64,000 nucleotides of DNA from Candidatus Eiseniibacteriota bacterium (GCA_963823555.1 CAWGMA010000004.1:128001-192000), one strand, 5' to 3'; counted from the stretch's first letter, positions 17,842-27,590 are shown. Numbers and translations: made by a program. The notes: generated by a model from the letters alone, not told the origin.

Positions 17842-19337
17842 CGCTTCCGTCCCGACGGTTGGGGTCCGGCGTCCTCCTCGGCGGAGGCATATCGGGCCAG
17901 GTAGCCCTTCACCGACATCTTGCGTGCGGTGTTCTCCGAAGTCATGTAGCGCACGTGGCCGAAGATCGGTCGCTCCGGCCCCCACGGCCGGTCGTAACGG
18001 CCCAGCACCCAGAAGATCCCGGTGTAGGAGTTGGGATCGCGCCCGTCGAGGGCGTACTTGTTGTTGAGCTCGATCATGACCGTCAGGGCCTCTTCCGGGC
18101 TTGCGGTCCACTCGAGGATCTTCTTGCCCCAGAGCATACGCAGGTAGTTGTGGATCCGCCCCTCCCGGAGGAGCTGGCGCTGCGCTGCATTCCACAGGGG
18201 GTCGTGTGTACGCGCCGCTTCGAAGTCGGCAAGCGCGTAAGAATGGGCGCGAGGATCGCGCGCATGCTTGGCCAGGGTCTTCTGCGCCCACTCCGGCAGC
18301 GAGGAATAGCGATCGTAGTCATGCCGCTTCGACGTGAAGTTGAAGCCGAGCTCGCGCCAGGTGATGCACTCGTCGAGGAAGCTCTCCGCTTCGGGTGTCA
18401 TGCCCCACCATCCGCTGCGTTTCCCGGTGGCCTTCGCGGCCAGACACTCCGGGGTCCACTGGTCGCGCTCCGCCACGGCAGAGAACACCTGATGCACGGA
18501 GATGTGACCCCAGTGAAGGTAGGGCGATAGCCCGCTCGCCCAGTCCTCGTCGGGCTCGTTTCGCCGCTCGCCGTACTCGTCCAGCCGTCTGGCGATGAAG
18601 CGTGACAGCGCCCGGGTGGCGGCAGCGGTCCCCCCGTGCGTCTCGACCGCGCCGACCGCGTGATCGATGGGCAGACTGGCCAGTCCATCGCCGGAGAGGA
18701 ATCCCGGGTCGAGCGGAGGCCAGCGACGAGTGATCGCCTCGGGCACGGCCGCCGGCCCCGGGAGCCGCCGCCGGAGCGGTTGCGCACGGGGAAGCTCCGC
18801 CAGATGCGGCGCCAGGTTCTTGTGCAAGAAACGGCGGAAAGCGTAGGCGGAGGGAAAGACGGTGTCCGCGGCCCGCAGCGGCAGGAGCCCGTTCGAATCG
18901 ACCCGTTCCAGGCGTCGGTTCAGCTGCGTGCCAGCAGCCGCTACCATTCGCGGTAGGAAGAAGCAGGGGTAGTCGTCGGTGATCACCACCGCCGCCCGCT
19001 CCGCGAGCGCAGCCAGGAGCCCGTGCCCCGCTCCGGGCTCCGGTTCGAGATAGGGGTAGTAGGTGACACGGCGGCGAACGCAGGTGGCGGCGTTGTCGGC
19101 CATGCCCTCGAGCACGAACCGGTGGAAGCGCACGCTGGCCCAGCGATGGCCGGCCCGCAGCGCCTCGAGCACGAGGAGCGGTTTCCCGAGCTCCTCCGCC
19201 CATCCGGCCGCGCGCTCGAGCGCGAAGTTCCAGGTCATCCGCCGAGCCGCAATCATCCAGTAAAGAACGTAATCGCCCCCGAGGCTGATCGGGGCTTCGT
19301 TCACCACTTCGATGCGGTTTGCGGGTACTGGGCTCAC
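17838..19337 (-). CDS. phr: Deoxyribodipyrimidine photolyase, class II CPD type
   Basis: YVLYWM, SGLSPYLHWGHIS, THDPLWNAAQ, IHNYLRMLWGKKILEW, YALDGRDPNSY and RPIFGHVRYM. GTG start is approximate. Confidence 0.92.
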   Translation of the reverse strand: MSPVPANRIEVVNEAPISLGGDYVLYWMIAARRMTWNFALERAAGWAEELGKPLLVLEALRAGHRWASVRFHRFVLEGMADNAATCVRRRVTYYPYLEPEPGAGHGLLAALAERAAVVITDDYPCFFLPRMVAAAGTQLNRRLERVDSNGLLPLRAADTVFPSAYAFRRFLHKNLAPHLAELPRAQPLRRRLPGPAAVPEAITRRWPPLDPGFLSGDGLASLPIDHAVGAVETHGGTAAATRALSRFIARRLDEYGERRNEPDEDWASGLSPYLHWGHISVHQVFSAVAERDQWTPECLAAKATGKRSGWWGMTPEAESFLDECITWRELGFNFTSKRHDYDRYSSLPEWAQKTLAKHARDPRAHSYALADFEAARTHDPLWNAAQRQLLREGRIHNYLRMLWGKKILEWTASPEEALTVMIELNNKYALDGRDPNSYTGIFWVLGRYDRPWGPERPIFGHVRYMTSENTARKMSVKGYLARYASAEEDAGPQPSGRKR

Positions 19338-19555
19338 GGTGGATCTCGTGTCGGTGGTCGGGGATCGCGGCTCAGGGAGGTGGTGAAGGATAGCGGGCGA
19401 CGGTCGGGGGGTCAAAGGAGGGCCTCCAGTCTTCCCGTCGCGGCGGCGGCACGGCCATCCAGGCAACCACGCCCGCCGCTCAGGGCGTGCTAAGCTACGC
19501 TGAGCGGTGGCGTCACGGTGGGCGCACCGCATCCGGCCCTGGAGTGGAGTTGCCC

Positions 19556-20440
19556 ATGCCTTGTCCTATCTTCGCCGCGACGCGACGCCAGCTGGTGCTC
19601 GGCGTGTTCGTTCTGACCGCTTCTCTTGCCAGCGCTCACGCTGATGTTCTCTACGAGCAGCGCGTACTCTCCACAGGGCTCGGCGGCGCCAGCACGGAGG
19701 GCTTGCAGACTGTTCATCTGCAAGCCGACCGGGAGCGTTCGCAGATCTCCATCCAGGGCGCACCCGGCTCCGGGACAGGCGAGATGCTCTCCATCACCAG
19801 GCTGGATCGTGAACTCATCTGGTATCTCGACGTCCAGGCGAAGACCTATGTCGAGACCACGTTCGGCGAACTGCGTGCTCGCTTCAACAAGAGCCGGGCC
19901 GCCGGAGACACGACGGCGGCGGCGCGGGCGGTGGCCGAGAGCGAAGTCAAGGTGGAGCGCACAGGCAAGAAGGATACGATCTGCGGAGCGGAGGCCAAGC
20001 AGGTCATTCTCACGATCGAGAGCAAGCTGACCGATCCGGCCTTCAGGGGCGGCAAGCAGTATCTCGTCGCCGACCTCTGGATGGCGAAGAACTTTCCGGG
20101 ATCGGCGGAGCTCGAAGCCTACAACAAGGCGACGGCGAAGGCGATGGGCGTGACCCGGCTGGGGGCCGAGGCCGGTCCGGACAATCCCCTTGGTCATCTC
20201 CTGGCGCGCCTCGGTACCGAAATGGAGCAGCTCGAGGGAACGGCGATTCGCTCGACCATGACCTTCGAACTCGACGTCCCGGCCGGGACGACCGCCATTC
20301 CCTCGCCCGTGCCGGCGCATGGGGAGGGTCGCCAGGTGCTCTACTCGATCCGTAGCGAGATGACGCGGATCGAGAGCAAGGCGCTGACGGCGGATCTCTT
20401 CGAGTTGCCTTCCGGCTACACCAAGAATGAGCCGAGATGA
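19556..20440 (+). CDS. Secreted DUF4412-like protein
   Basis: Signal peptide; ITRLDRELIWYLDVQAKTYVE, TGKKDTICG, LWMAKNF and C-terminal DLFELPSGYTK pattern. Confidence 0.65.
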   Translation: MPCPIFAATRRQLVLGVFVLTASLASAHADVLYEQRVLSTGLGGASTEGLQTVHLQADRERSQISIQGAPGSGTGEMLSITRLDRELIWYLDVQAKTYVETTFGELRARFNKSRAAGDTTAAARAVAESEVKVERTGKKDTICGAEAKQVILTIESKLTDPAFRGGKQYLVADLWMAKNFPGSAELEAYNKATAKAMGVTRLGAEAGPDNPLGHLLARLGTEMEQLEGTAIRSTMTFELDVPAGTTAIPSPVPAHGEGRQVLYSIRSEMTRIESKALTADLFELPSGYTKNEPR

Positions 20441-20490
20441 TCGCGGGGAGTATGTCCCGAAACTCCAGTCGTGAACCAGGAGGAGAGAAC

Positions 20491-20736
20491 ATGCGAGTCA
20501 AGCTCACCTACTGCGCAGCCTGAAACTACGAGCCGAAGGCCATCAGTTTGATGGAAAAGGCGCTGCCCAAGTTCAAGCAGAATGTCGATGAATGGGTGCT
20601 CGTGCCGAGCGATGGGGGACGTTTCGAGCTCGAGGTCGACGGGGAGCTAGTCTTCTCGAAGCTGGCCGCAGGTCACTTCCCGGAGACGAACGAGGCGATC
20701 GATCTGATCAGGAAGAAGGTCGCTGCCAGATCCTAG
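20491..20736 (+). CDS. Rdx-family (SelW/SelT/SelH) selenoprotein, CxxU motif, Sec at TGA 20521-20523
   Basis: AGGAGG RBS, then ATG CGA GTC AAG CTC ACC TAC TGC GCA GCC TGA AAC TAC = MRVKLTYCAAUNY, in frame with ...GGRFELEVDGELVFSKL..HFPE (Rdx signature). Confidence 0.9.
20532..20561 (+). promoter_or_regulatory. Candidate bacterial SECIS element
   Basis: Hairpin CCATCA-GTT-TGATGG (20540-20554) with a G-first apical loop 22 nt after the UGA; possible lower GCC/GGC pairing. Confidence 0.6.
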
Positions 20737-20799
20737 CGCCGGTGAGGCGGCGAATCGGGCCATGTTCACGGTCGCCTCCGGCAACCCGAGGTGAGTCGC

Positions 20800-22278
20800 A
20801 TGTCGTATCCCGCGCGTCTCAAGCAGTGCGATGTCGGCGCCGCCCCGATGTGGGGATGGGTCGTCCTCGCTCTCGCCACGCTCCGGATGCTGGCGCCGTC
20901 TCCGTCTGGAGCCGCCGATTCCCCATCACCTCCCTCGGTGCTGTCTGAAGAGCTTCCGATCCTCACTCTTCATGATCTCCTGCTGCGTGCCGAGGATCAT
21001 CTCGTCGATGTGAGGCGCGTCGACCTCCGCCGGGAGGAAGCACAGGCTGAGCTCGATCACCTGCGGGCGAGCCGGCTCCTCCAGGTCGAAGTCGAAGGCA
21101 ACTATCGTGAAGAGGACCTCGACCGCACCGAGATCAACGGCGACAACCTCAAGAAGGGGAATCAGCAGGACGTCCGCCGCCAGCTGACCTTCTCGATCAC
21201 TCATCCGATTCTCGGGCAATCGGTCGAGGACCGCCTGCTCATGGCCAATCAGCAGGTCCGCCTGATCGAGCTCAGCGAGAGCGCTGCTCTCGCCCGACGG
21301 GAGGCGACCGTCGAGCTGATCGGGGCCTACGTCGACCTGGCGGCCGAGCAGAGGTACGAGCCGCTGCACGAGCGGGCAGTGGAGCTGGCCACCACCAAGG
21401 TGCGGATCCTCGAATCCCGCCACGCCCGCGGGGAGGTGCTCAAGCGTGATGTGCTCGCGGGCCGAGTGGGTCTTTCCACCCGGCGTGCCGCCCGGATCGA
21501 GAGCGCCCGGCGGCAGGTGGAACTGATGGGGGATCTCACCCGCATGGTGGATCTGGAGAGCGTGGCCGCGTTTCGGGCGAGCGAACTCGGTTGGAGCAAC
21601 ATGCTGCCGGCAGCTGCAGGCGTTCCCCGAACCGCCGCGGAGCCGCCCGTGGCAGCGCCGAGCGGGGGAGTGCGCTCGAGTGTCTGGTATAATCTACCTC
21701 AGCTGGATCTTCGCTTCTTCTATTCGATGGGATCGCGGGATCGGACCTTCGCCGACGAGGTGGATGAAGAGAAGGGGCATATTCCTGGCGTCGAGCTCAC
21801 GCTCGAGTTCCCGCTCGATCTCTGGCGATCCAGCAAGTCCTACGCCCGCCAGATCGAAGCACGACAGGAGAGACAGCGACTCGCCTTGCTCACCTTGCAG
21901 CGAGAAACCGCCGGGCGTGCCCGGGCGGCTGCCCTCCGGCACGAGGAGGCAGCCGCGCGCCTCGCTGTCGCGGAGGCCGATCTGGCCTTGCAGGAGGAGG
22001 ATCACCGGCTGTCCAGACTCCGGAGCGCGGAGGCGGCGCCGGGTGGCGACGACAGAGGAGACATCGCCGTCATCGATGCCGAGCTAGCCGTCATCGATGC
22101 CCGCGCCGAAGTGGCGCGGGCCCAGGGCGAGCTGGCACGTGCCTACTTCGACCGGGCGATGATCGAGGGTGTCGATCCTATCGAGCTCGCCGCCAACGTG
22201 TCGCCCGGTTCCGTGACGGAGCGGACGGCGGAGGCGGATCTCGGTCCTGAACCGCCGCCGGGCTCCAGTTCCAACTAA
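20800..22278 (+). CDS. TolC-family outer-membrane channel (divergent)
   Basis: GAGGTG RBS; signal-like leader; two repeats of beta-strand pair plus long coiled coils (LPQLDLRFFYS, GVELTLEFPL); RHARGEVLKRDVL motif. Confidence 0.72.
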   Translation: MSYPARLKQCDVGAAPMWGWVVLALATLRMLAPSPSGAADSPSPPSVLSEELPILTLHDLLLRAEDHLVDVRRVDLRREEAQAELDHLRASRLLQVEVEGNYREEDLDRTEINGDNLKKGNQQDVRRQLTFSITHPILGQSVEDRLLMANQQVRLIELSESAALARREATVELIGAYVDLAAEQRYEPLHERAVELATTKVRILESRHARGEVLKRDVLAGRVGLSTRRAARIESARRQVELMGDLTRMVDLESVAAFRASELGWSNMLPAAAGVPRTAAEPPVAAPSGGVRSSVWYNLPQLDLRFFYSMGSRDRTFADEVDEEKGHIPGVELTLEFPLDLWRSSKSYARQIEARQERQRLALLTLQRETAGRARAAALRHEEAAARLAVAEADLALQEEDHRLSRLRSAEAAPGGDDRGDIAVIDAELAVIDARAEVARAQGELARAYFDRAMIEGVDPIELAANVSPGSVTERTAEADLGPEPPPGSSSN

Positions 22279-22289
22279 TCAGGCTGCGC

Positions 22290-23474
22290 ATGAAGTTCGG
22301 AGAAGCAAATTCCGGTCCGCTCACACCCCGCCAGCGGAAGGCGTTCCGGATCGTATTCGCCGCCACCATGGTCATCGTCTTGATCTCGGCGGTGACTCAC
22401 TTCACCTATCGTGATTGGCCCGCCTTCGTCGTCGGCGATGAGCTCGAGATCTCGGCCGGGGCCGCCGGCACGATCGCGAGGATCGAGCGGCGCGAAAACG
22501 AGACCTACCAGCGTGGTGACGTGCTGGTCGTCGTCGAGAGCGAGGCGCTCCGCGTCCGGCTGGATGCCGTCGACCACGACCTCGAGGAGATCGCCCGCTC
22601 TCTGGCGGCGGAGCAGTCGGAGGTGGGCGTCGAGCGCCGGCGCTTCGAGCTCGAGACTTCGATCGCCGAAACCGCAAGCCAGCTCCGGTCGAGCCGGGCC
22701 GATCTCCAGGCGGTGGGAGAGGTGCTGCCCAGCCTGCGTGAGCTCAAGGCGCTGGCCGAGGAGCGAGCCCGCAGCGGCGAAGCGCTCCGGCGGGAGGACG
22801 CCCTCACGGCTGCCGAGCTCGAGGAGCGCCGCCGGAGCCTGTACGAAGTTGCGAATGAGCTCGCCGAGGCCGTGGCGAGGAGGGAAGGACTCGAGGCCAA
22901 GGTGGCCGAGTTCGAGCGCGTGCTCGGTCTGTACCAGAGCCGGCTGCGCGGGCTCGTGGACGAACGCACCGCCTTCATCACCGACCTCGAGCTCAGACGG
23001 CAGGAGAAGGAGGGCGAGCGGGAGAACCTCCTGGCGGCGCTGGCTGGACTTCGCGTCGTCGCCGATCACGACGGCATGGTGACGGCTGTTCTCCGCAAGG
23101 AAGGCGAATACGTGTCGAGCGGTGGTCCCCTTCTGCGTGTCATGCGCAACGAAGAGCTCTGGGTGGAGGCCTACCTGCCCGTCGCCGACAAGCTCAAGAT
23201 CCGCCCTGGCGATCGCGTGGAGGTGATCGCGCGGGCACCGGCCGGCAAGCTCGCAGGCCGTGTGCAGAAGATCCTGCCCGTGCTCAAGCCGCTCCCCGAG
23301 AACATGCAGGCGCCCCTGTCCCGCGCCGACAACTACGCCATTGTCGTCATCACGATGGAGAATCCGGCGGCGGCGAGCTCGGTTCTGAGTCCGGCCGAGC
23401 AGGTGACGGCACGCATTCGCCGGCGGCTGGTCATGCTGCGCAATGAGCCGCCGAACGCTCAGGCGCGGCCCTAG
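22290..23474 (+). CDS. HlyD-family periplasmic adaptor / membrane fusion protein
   Basis: N-terminal TM; lipoyl half-motifs ISAGAAGTIARI..GDVLVVVE and VVADHDGMV..EGEYVSSGGPLL flanking a long coiled coil; LWVEAY..IRPGDRVEV barrel. Confidence 0.85.
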   Translation: MKFGEANSGPLTPRQRKAFRIVFAATMVIVLISAVTHFTYRDWPAFVVGDELEISAGAAGTIARIERRENETYQRGDVLVVVESEALRVRLDAVDHDLEEIARSLAAEQSEVGVERRRFELETSIAETASQLRSSRADLQAVGEVLPSLRELKALAEERARSGEALRREDALTAAELEERRRSLYEVANELAEAVARREGLEAKVAEFERVLGLYQSRLRGLVDERTAFITDLELRRQEKEGERENLLAALAGLRVVADHDGMVTAVLRKEGEYVSSGGPLLRVMRNEELWVEAYLPVADKLKIRPGDRVEVIARAPAGKLAGRVQKILPVLKPLPENMQAPLSRADNYAIVVITMENPAAASSVLSPAEQVTARIRRRLVMLRNEPPNAQARP

Positions 23475-23510
23475 CCGGCGCCGTTCACGGCCTGGACCTC
23501 GGTTCTCGCG

Positions 23511-24185
23511 CTAGTAGTCCCCGAATGGGTTCGTCTCCCGCCACGAGATCTGCAGCACGCTGTCGTCGACCAGATCCGCCGTCAGGTCGCTTACTTCGAG
23601 GTTGCCATTGAATCGCACCGTACCCTCGATGATGGTCTGCGGCGGTCCGATGTCACGCTGCTTGCGCTCGAGCGAGGTCAGCGAATAGCGGACCTGGGCC
23701 GAGTCGAGAATCCCCTCGAGCTTGCCGAGCGTTGTATCGGGGTCGGTGGTGACGATGCGGAACTGGGTCTCGCGCTGCGGATGGAGTAGCGCCTCGGGCA
23801 TCGCCTGCGGCAGGAGGTCGAACAGGCGCGTGATGAGGACGACGAACAGCGCGCCGATCGTTGCCATCGCCATCAGACCGGCGCCACAGGCCATGCCGAG
23901 GCCGAGCGAGATGATGAGCGTGCTGGCATCCTTGGGGTTGCGGATCGCGTATCGATAGCGGATGACCGAGGCCACGCCGATGATGGCCACCGCGCGCTCG
24001 ATCTGATCACCGATGATCATGATGAGGAGCGCGCCGGCCACCGAGAGGAAGGCGTGCGCCTGCAGGATGCTCTGCCGCTGGCGATCCATCTCCCGGCGGT
24101 AGTAGATGATGACGCCGAGGACCGCCGCCAGGAGCACCCGGCCGCCGAGACCAATCGCATGGGACAGAAGGTCAGTGAGCCACAT
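23511..24185 (-). CDS. DUF4956-like (MgtC/SapB-related) inner-membrane protein with C-terminal ACT-like domain
   Basis: AVAIIGVASVIRYRYAIRNPKDAS..LGLGMACGAG matches the DUF4956 signature pattern; several TM helices followed by a soluble C-terminal domain. Confidence 0.75.
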   Translation of the reverse strand: MWLTDLLSHAIGLGGRVLLAAVLGVIIYYRREMDRQRQSILQAHAFLSVAGALLIMIIGDQIERAVAIIGVASVIRYRYAIRNPKDASTLIISLGLGMACGAGLMAMATIGALFVVLITRLFDLLPQAMPEALLHPQRETQFRIVTTDPDTTLGKLEGILDSAQVRYSLTSLERKQRDIGPPQTIIEGTVRFNGNLEVSDLTADLVDDSVLQISWRETNPFGDY

Positions 24186-24243
24186 CAATGTTCAATCGTT
24201 CTCTCGGCGTCAAGCGGACCGGACGTGTCCGCTCTCGCGGTCG

Positions 24244-25221
24244 CTAGCGTTCGGATTCGCCGCCCGAGGCGGGGCCGGTCACTGAGCGCGCGGTGAGCCG
24301 GACCGGGGGAGCTCCCTCACCAGCCACCAGGATCGGTCCTGCGCCGTCGACCCCCGGCGGGCCGAGCGCCACAATCCCCTCGGGCTGGCGGATTGCACCC
24401 AGCCCCTGGACCTCGAGCTCGACGAGGGTGCCCCCCCCGGGAGCCCAGAGGTAGATCGCGTACCCCACGTCATCTCCGGCCGCAGGCCCGGCCAGAACCA
24501 GGATACACCGGCGCCAGGGATCGTACTCGAGGGCACGAACGCCCCGGCCCCCCAGGTCCAGGGTTTCGACTCGAGGATGGATGGCGCCGGCTGGCCGATC
24601 CATCGCGAGGAGATCGTCGCAAGAGCCGAGCCAGATCACGACGGCTCTTCCCTCCTGGAGGGGCGTGCGGGCTCCGAGAACCAGCTGGTTGCCACCAGGA
24701 TACCACGCTAGCCCTTCCAGGTTGAGCGAGGTTGGGCCGCCGGTGGCCGGGGGGGTGAGGACATGGAGAAGGGCCGGCCGCAGGTCCTCCACGATGGCCG
24801 TCACCTCGGCGCCCTCGGCTCCCAGGTGGAGACGGACCAGGCGCTGGCGATCGCCGCGGAGCCTGCCCCTCTTGGTAGCCGAGTGCGAGGTGAGAAGGTA
24901 GATCGCCCCCCCGGAATCGGCGGCGGCCGCTTCGAGATCGTCGAGCCGCACGGGCAGAGCGATCCGTTCAGGCATCCGGGCGAGATCGCGATCAGCCAGG
25001 AAGACGGCATCACGGGTCTCGTCATCGACCAGAAGCAGGCGACCGTCGGGGAGGCGGGTGGCCCCGGAGATCTCGAGCGGCCAGTTCGTGACGCGGGGAT
25101 AGGAATCGGCGCCGGCCCGGGTCGCTTCTGGCGCGAACGACGTGGCCAGGATGGCGGCCAGCGTGAACTTGAGGATGAGACCGCGCACTGCGTTCATGGC
25201 AAAGGGAAGAGGCGAGATCAT
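24244..25221 (-). CDS. Secreted DUF3616-like beta-propeller protein
   Basis: Signal peptide; EISGA..LLLVDDE, DLEAAA..YLLTSHS..KRG, LNLEGLA..LVLGARTPL and LDLGGRGVRALEY..LVLAGP. The 5-prime extension of the tracked ORF is spurious. Confidence 0.72.
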   Translation of the reverse strand: MISPLPFAMNAVRGLILKFTLAAILATSFAPEATRAGADSYPRVTNWPLEISGATRLPDGRLLLVDDETRDAVFLADRDLARMPERIALPVRLDDLEAAAADSGGAIYLLTSHSATKRGRLRGDRQRLVRLHLGAEGAEVTAIVEDLRPALLHVLTPPATGGPTSLNLEGLAWYPGGNQLVLGARTPLQEGRAVVIWLGSCDDLLAMDRPAGAIHPRVETLDLGGRGVRALEYDPWRRCILVLAGPAAGDDVGYAIYLWAPGGGTLVELEVQGLGAIRQPEGIVALGPPGVDGAGPILVAGEGAPPVRLTARSVTGPASGGESER

Positions 25222-25307
25222 GCCGGATCTCGCCTCTTCTTGTCGACCAGCCTGTCTGCTCGAGCAGGGGCGACCCCCTGGCGCCGCCCTGCCCACCTTC
25301 TCGGTGC

Positions 25308-25745
25308 TTAGTTGGCAGCCGGAGCCGTGTCCGCCGTGGTCAGTGCCGCATACTGCTTCTCGAAGGCATCGATCGACTCGGGCCTTTCCGAGGTCACGAA
25401 GGCCATCACCCCGTTCTTGAAGGGCACCAGCTCGACCTGGCAGTCGCCCGAGGTGGCCATCTCGCGGCAGACCCCGCAGGAGAAGCTGTCGGCACCTTCG
25501 GTGGCCTTCTGGTGCAGTGTCTTGACAACCTCCGCCTGATCCGAGGTGTAGAAGACCACGAGCGAGCCGCCCGCCGTGCGGGCAGTCTCGATCTTCATTC
25601 CTTCCGGCATGGCCGCGGCAGACTTCGTGTAGCTGCAGTGACCTGAGGCGCTCTTGCTCGAGCTCGAGCAGCCGGGACCAGCGTAGACGTTGATTGCCGA
25701 GCCGAGGAAGACGAGTGCAAGGGCCGGAACGATGAACTTGCGCAT
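25308..25745 (-). CDS. Small secreted Cys-containing hypothetical protein with internal duplication
   Basis: GGAGGT RBS; signal peptide MRKFIVPALALVFLGSAINVYA; CGVC motif between two related modules. Confidence 0.75.
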   Translation of the reverse strand: MRKFIVPALALVFLGSAINVYAGPGCSSSSKSASGHCSYTKSAAAMPEGMKIETARTAGGSLVVFYTSDQAEVVKTLHQKATEGADSFSCGVCREMATSGDCQVELVPFKNGVMAFVTSERPESIDAFEKQYAALTTADTAPAAN

Positions 25746-26074
25746 GCCGATTACCTCCGTGAAAGGGACGATGATGCCGGGGGGGAGGATAGCCTCGTGG
25801 CTCGTGCTGGCAGCCGTCGGTACCGGGCTTCCCCGAGCCAGCTTCGTCCATAGGATACGGCTGCTGGAAACGGGGACTGTCACCGGGCTGTGGGGTCATT
25901 GTAAAGTCCTTGTGAACTCGATCCAGGAACGCTCCGGGGGTCCGGCCCTCCCCGGGGGCCGGCAGACCCCCCCATGATAAGCTCACTTCGGCGGGCCGGA
26001 AGGCGCCCATCGCATAGGACCCGCCGCGTCGAAGATCTCCGGTCCCAGCGTACGGTTCAGGAGCACAAGCCACC

Positions 26075-27031
26075 GTGACAACTCCGGTTCAGGTCGATCT
26101 CGATCTCTTCACCGAGATCGAGAAGCTCAAGAAGAAGCAGAACGCCGTCATCCTCGCCCACTATTACCAGGAGTCCGACATCCAGGACGTCGCCGATTAC
26201 ATCGGCGACAGTCTCCAGCTCGCCCAGGAGGCGAAGAAGACGGCGGCCGACGTCATCGTCTTCGCCGGCGTGCACTTCATGGCGGAGACCGCCAAGATCC
26301 TGAACCCGGACAAACTCGTCCTCGTTCCCGATCTGGATGCCGGCTGCTCGCTCTCGGAGAGCTGTCCTCCTGACCGCTTCCGCGCCTTCATTGCCGCTCA
26401 TCCCGATCATTTCGTCATCTCGTACATCAACTGCTCGGCGGCGGTGAAGGCGCTCTCCGACGTGATCTGCACCTCATCGAACGCCGAGGCGGTGATCCGC
26501 TCGGTTCCCGCCGACAGACCCATCATCTTCGGTCCCGACCAGAATCTGGGCCGCTTCCTGGAGAAGAAGACGGGGCGGCGAATGGTCCTGTGGCCGGGCG
26601 CCTGTGTCGTACACGACATCTTCTCCGAGAAGAAGATCGTTCAGCTCAAGGTGCGACACCCGGATGCCCTCGTGGCCGCCCATCCGGAATGTACGGAGCG
26701 CGTGCTGGCCCTGGCGGACCACGTGGGGTCGACATCATCGCTTCTCAAGTTCGTGACTGAGAGCCCGCACCAGAAGTTCATCATTGCCACCGAGCCGGGG
26801 ATCATCCACCAGATGCAGAAGCGTCGCCCGGACAAGGTCTTCATTCCCGCACCACCGGATTCGGGGTGCGCGTGCAATGAATGTCCCCATATGAAGCTCA
26901 ACACCCTGGAGAAGCTCTATCTGTGCATGCGGGACCGCCGGCCGGAGGTCACGGTTGACGAAGAGGTCCGCGGCCGAGCGCTCGTTGCCATCGAGCGCAT
27001 GCTCGAGATCAGCGCCCGGGCAGCTGTCTAG
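26075..27031 (+). CDS. nadA: Quinolinate synthase A
   Basis: [45 protein letters not shown] and CPHMKLNTL. Confidence 0.97.
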   Translation: MTTPVQVDLDLFTEIEKLKKKQNAVILAHYYQESDIQDVADYIGDSLQLAQEAKKTAADVIVFAGVHFMAETAKILNPDKLVLVPDLDAGCSLSESCPPDRFRAFIAAHPDHFVISYINCSAAVKALSDVICTSSNAEAVIRSVPADRPIIFGPDQNLGRFLEKKTGRRMVLWPGACVVHDIFSEKKIVQLKVRHPDALVAAHPECTERVLALADHVGSTSSLLKFVTESPHQKFIIATEPGIIHQMQKRRPDKVFIPAPPDSGCACNECPHMKLNTLEKLYLCMRDRRPEVTVDEEVRGRALVAIERMLEISARAAV

Positions 27032-27067
27032 AACGGCGCCGGCGACTCATGAAGAGGGGAGGTCCTG

Positions 27068-27541
27068 GTGGCCGAGCGAGCCTTGAAGGATGGCATCACC
27101 GTTCGTCCTATTCGTCCCGGTGACGTCGAGGCCATGATCCAGATCGATGCCTTGATCACCGGGGAGAAGAAAGCCGGCTTCTGGCGTGGGATGCTGGGCG
27201 CCTACCTGGCGGGGGAAGGCGACGACCCGAGCGAGCTCTCGCCGGACCTCTGTCAGGTGGCGGAGATCGACGGGCATGTCGTCGGATTCATGGTCGGCGA
27301 TATCCAGTCCTACCAGTTCGGCATCCCGCGCTGCGGACGCATCGTGACGATCGGGGTGCACCCGGACTACCGCCGCCGCGATGTGGGCACGGCTCTCATC
27401 CAGTCCATGTTCGAGGTTTTCGGCAAGTTCCGCATTCCCTTCATCCAGTGCCTGGTCCGTCCCGATGATCCGCTGCGCGCGTTCTTCGTCGCCAATGGGT
27501 TCAAGGCGGTCGAGTTCTTCGCGATGGAGCGCGAGCTGTAG
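27068..27541 (+). CDS. GNAT-family N-acetyltransferase
   Basis: TIGVHPDYRRRDVGTAL acetyl-CoA motif; FFVANGF. Confidence 0.85.
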   Translation: MAERALKDGITVRPIRPGDVEAMIQIDALITGEKKAGFWRGMLGAYLAGEGDDPSELSPDLCQVAEIDGHVVGFMVGDIQSYQFGIPRCGRIVTIGVHPDYRRRDVGTALIQSMFEVFGKFRIPFIQCLVRPDDPLRAFFVANGFKAVEFFAMEREL

Positions 27542-27561
27542 CGGCCGATCGGGTCCGGCCG

Positions 27562-27590
27562 GGTCCCGCCCCGACGGGGCGGGGGCTTCT
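27562..27590. terminator. Hairpin between convergent genes
   Basis: CCCGCCCC-GAC-GGGGCGGG followed by a short pyrimidine run. Confidence 0.5.

Noticed and set aside
25746..26074. NAD+-I (nadA motif) riboswitch upstream of nadA
   Set aside because: The characteristic ACAACC-containing internal loop is not visible; only generic GC stems are present.
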